Origin: Lepidodermella squamata
Lineage: Eukaryota; Animalia; Gastrotricha
Direction of reading: 5' to 3'
Assembly: GCA_047495785.1 (NCBI GenBank)
Contig: JBLDXI010000017.1
Coordinates: forward strand, 3,658,001-3,722,000
Length of the DNA: 64,000 nt
The notes under the pieces were generated by a model. It saw nothing but the letters and a program-made list of their open reading frames with translations, was not told where the DNA came from and made no database searches. The translations under genes and the position numbers were made by a program. Every line of letters starts with the position of its first letter. The stretch's first letter is position 1. Below, in pieces: positions 63,901 to 64,000 of the stretch.

Positions 63901-64000
63901 ACCCTATCAGTGCTGTCGATGTCGACGAGCGACGCTTACATCTTCATCACATTCTTCCGCATTCTGTTTCTTACAGTTTTACTATCGGTAACGCACGCTC
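60916..64000 (+). CDS. Patched domain-containing / patched-related RND protein (3' partial, intronless so far)
   Basis: Frame open from the ATG at 60916 to the window end. Sterol-sensing domain DAVRSKPWAGVVG, LTLAIGLDDMFII; second half MDLDSVSLINLLIAISLSSDFVAH. Confidence 0.9.
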   Translation, partial: MTNKGSRSDDEPPAYLHRRVRLRPQLPKLDWLIFPNMFSYMMSWYGLFVGKFPFQVLCCAIGLCAIFGAGLHRIKVADVKAEDYLPTDSRSNKDRITTTLFDYEDKDRPSKTPVVMYPRQPPPTIRPRTTTTTSNVTKTRLKRGVAETYFDYILEQSKVAPLSELARDLHELHQPLLDRKKRQAYPDPQGNAQNCRVNSILIVAKPNASDPTRARYNLFDRSMLAEIERLEAVVFSVMAEVYSPKSGDGGQFFYEDTPGQQGLCTKQPTGKCGGFNLRVMKTLVPNSVADPISMLFSTIPGVALTWPHYFTFDLSQFFGGVKTVNNAHNGRVERVEAIREVFCINEYSLDWFVRTFTIWVEWERQFDKAMRRFSSPYFDIYWVAEYQKQDEQTLLITNMLPKIGATFLALMLWCTAGALMRDAVRSKPWAGVVGIMATMCANIGAFGICLWLNPTFSPILMAVPLLTLAIGLDDMFIILEAWSRTNPALPVEERMMLSMNVGGTSIFITFVINLLDFVIGNYTPYPIINMLSIYSTAAMVLDFGCQMTIFCSCLALFGGNEPDNRHSCCCCIRLPDRRSAFRSVILTQRGPSDLKIVCCAGGFLRQRRDTTQLSGDTSSASEAEEDEEEEEDGPVHQAISRILSTFLLKTPVRIASILLFFTYIGLSAWSLSQMQTGLKPERIYRMSSNLYDYTYYHRTLFTRYSHEVLLVLNNEVDYSQPKVQLQLIECVAKIESSGYFWGREETSFWLRDFLSWLVQINGALNGTTCCSNNAEIIEQMQRFPDGFFMQGTYGLHAKDLRINYNATTILRSRFRFRAKDMTGPDRQVGMMQTIREIIDQYRPQFDMAAYTGDFLLYDQFQTAVPATLYYSAITLVVTLGVAIFMIPHPVCIFWVGIFVVSILIGIVGLMRLWSMDLDSVSLINLLIAISLSSDFVAHATYIFLVTPAHEVEDPEERKTGKKLDRPLTAPEIRVRKARFLIDEVSGAAIPAAIGTTLSVLSMSTSDAYIFITFFRILFLTVLLSVTHA

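Overview
This is gene-dense animal DNA with mostly 40-60 nt GT-AG introns and the standard genetic code. A miR-12 gene points to a protostome, and DNAAF3 points to motile cilia or flagella. Host genes in window order: STARD9/KIF16-like kinesin-3 (-, probably partial), SYT14/16-like (-), an unrecognised small secreted peptide (-), ZNHIT6 (-), TMEM38/TRIC (-), SAMM50 (-), CRAL-TRIO/SESTD1-like (+), Six1/2 (-), CROT (-), a single-RRM protein (-), PRMT9 (+), TRIP11/GMAP-210 (+), a DH-PH RhoGEF (+), DNAAF3 (-), TFAP4 (+) and a Patched-domain protein (+, partial). The most unusual object is a very recent 7.9 kb Ty3/gypsy element (14511-22393, identical LTRs, AGTAG target-site duplication). It keeps gag, protease, RNase H and integrase, but its RT core is replaced by a copy of its own integrase sequence. 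It also has a second self-copied patch right after the PBS and an env-position third ORF with two CCHC knuckles and two TQT motifs. Other highlights are a miR-216b/216a/12 cluster in the last TRIP11 intron, mutually exclusive exons in TMEM38, operon-like co-oriented gene runs with splice acceptors just before the ATG, and two decayed pogo/Tigger-like MITEs. All alignments and folds were done by eye; no database search was possible.
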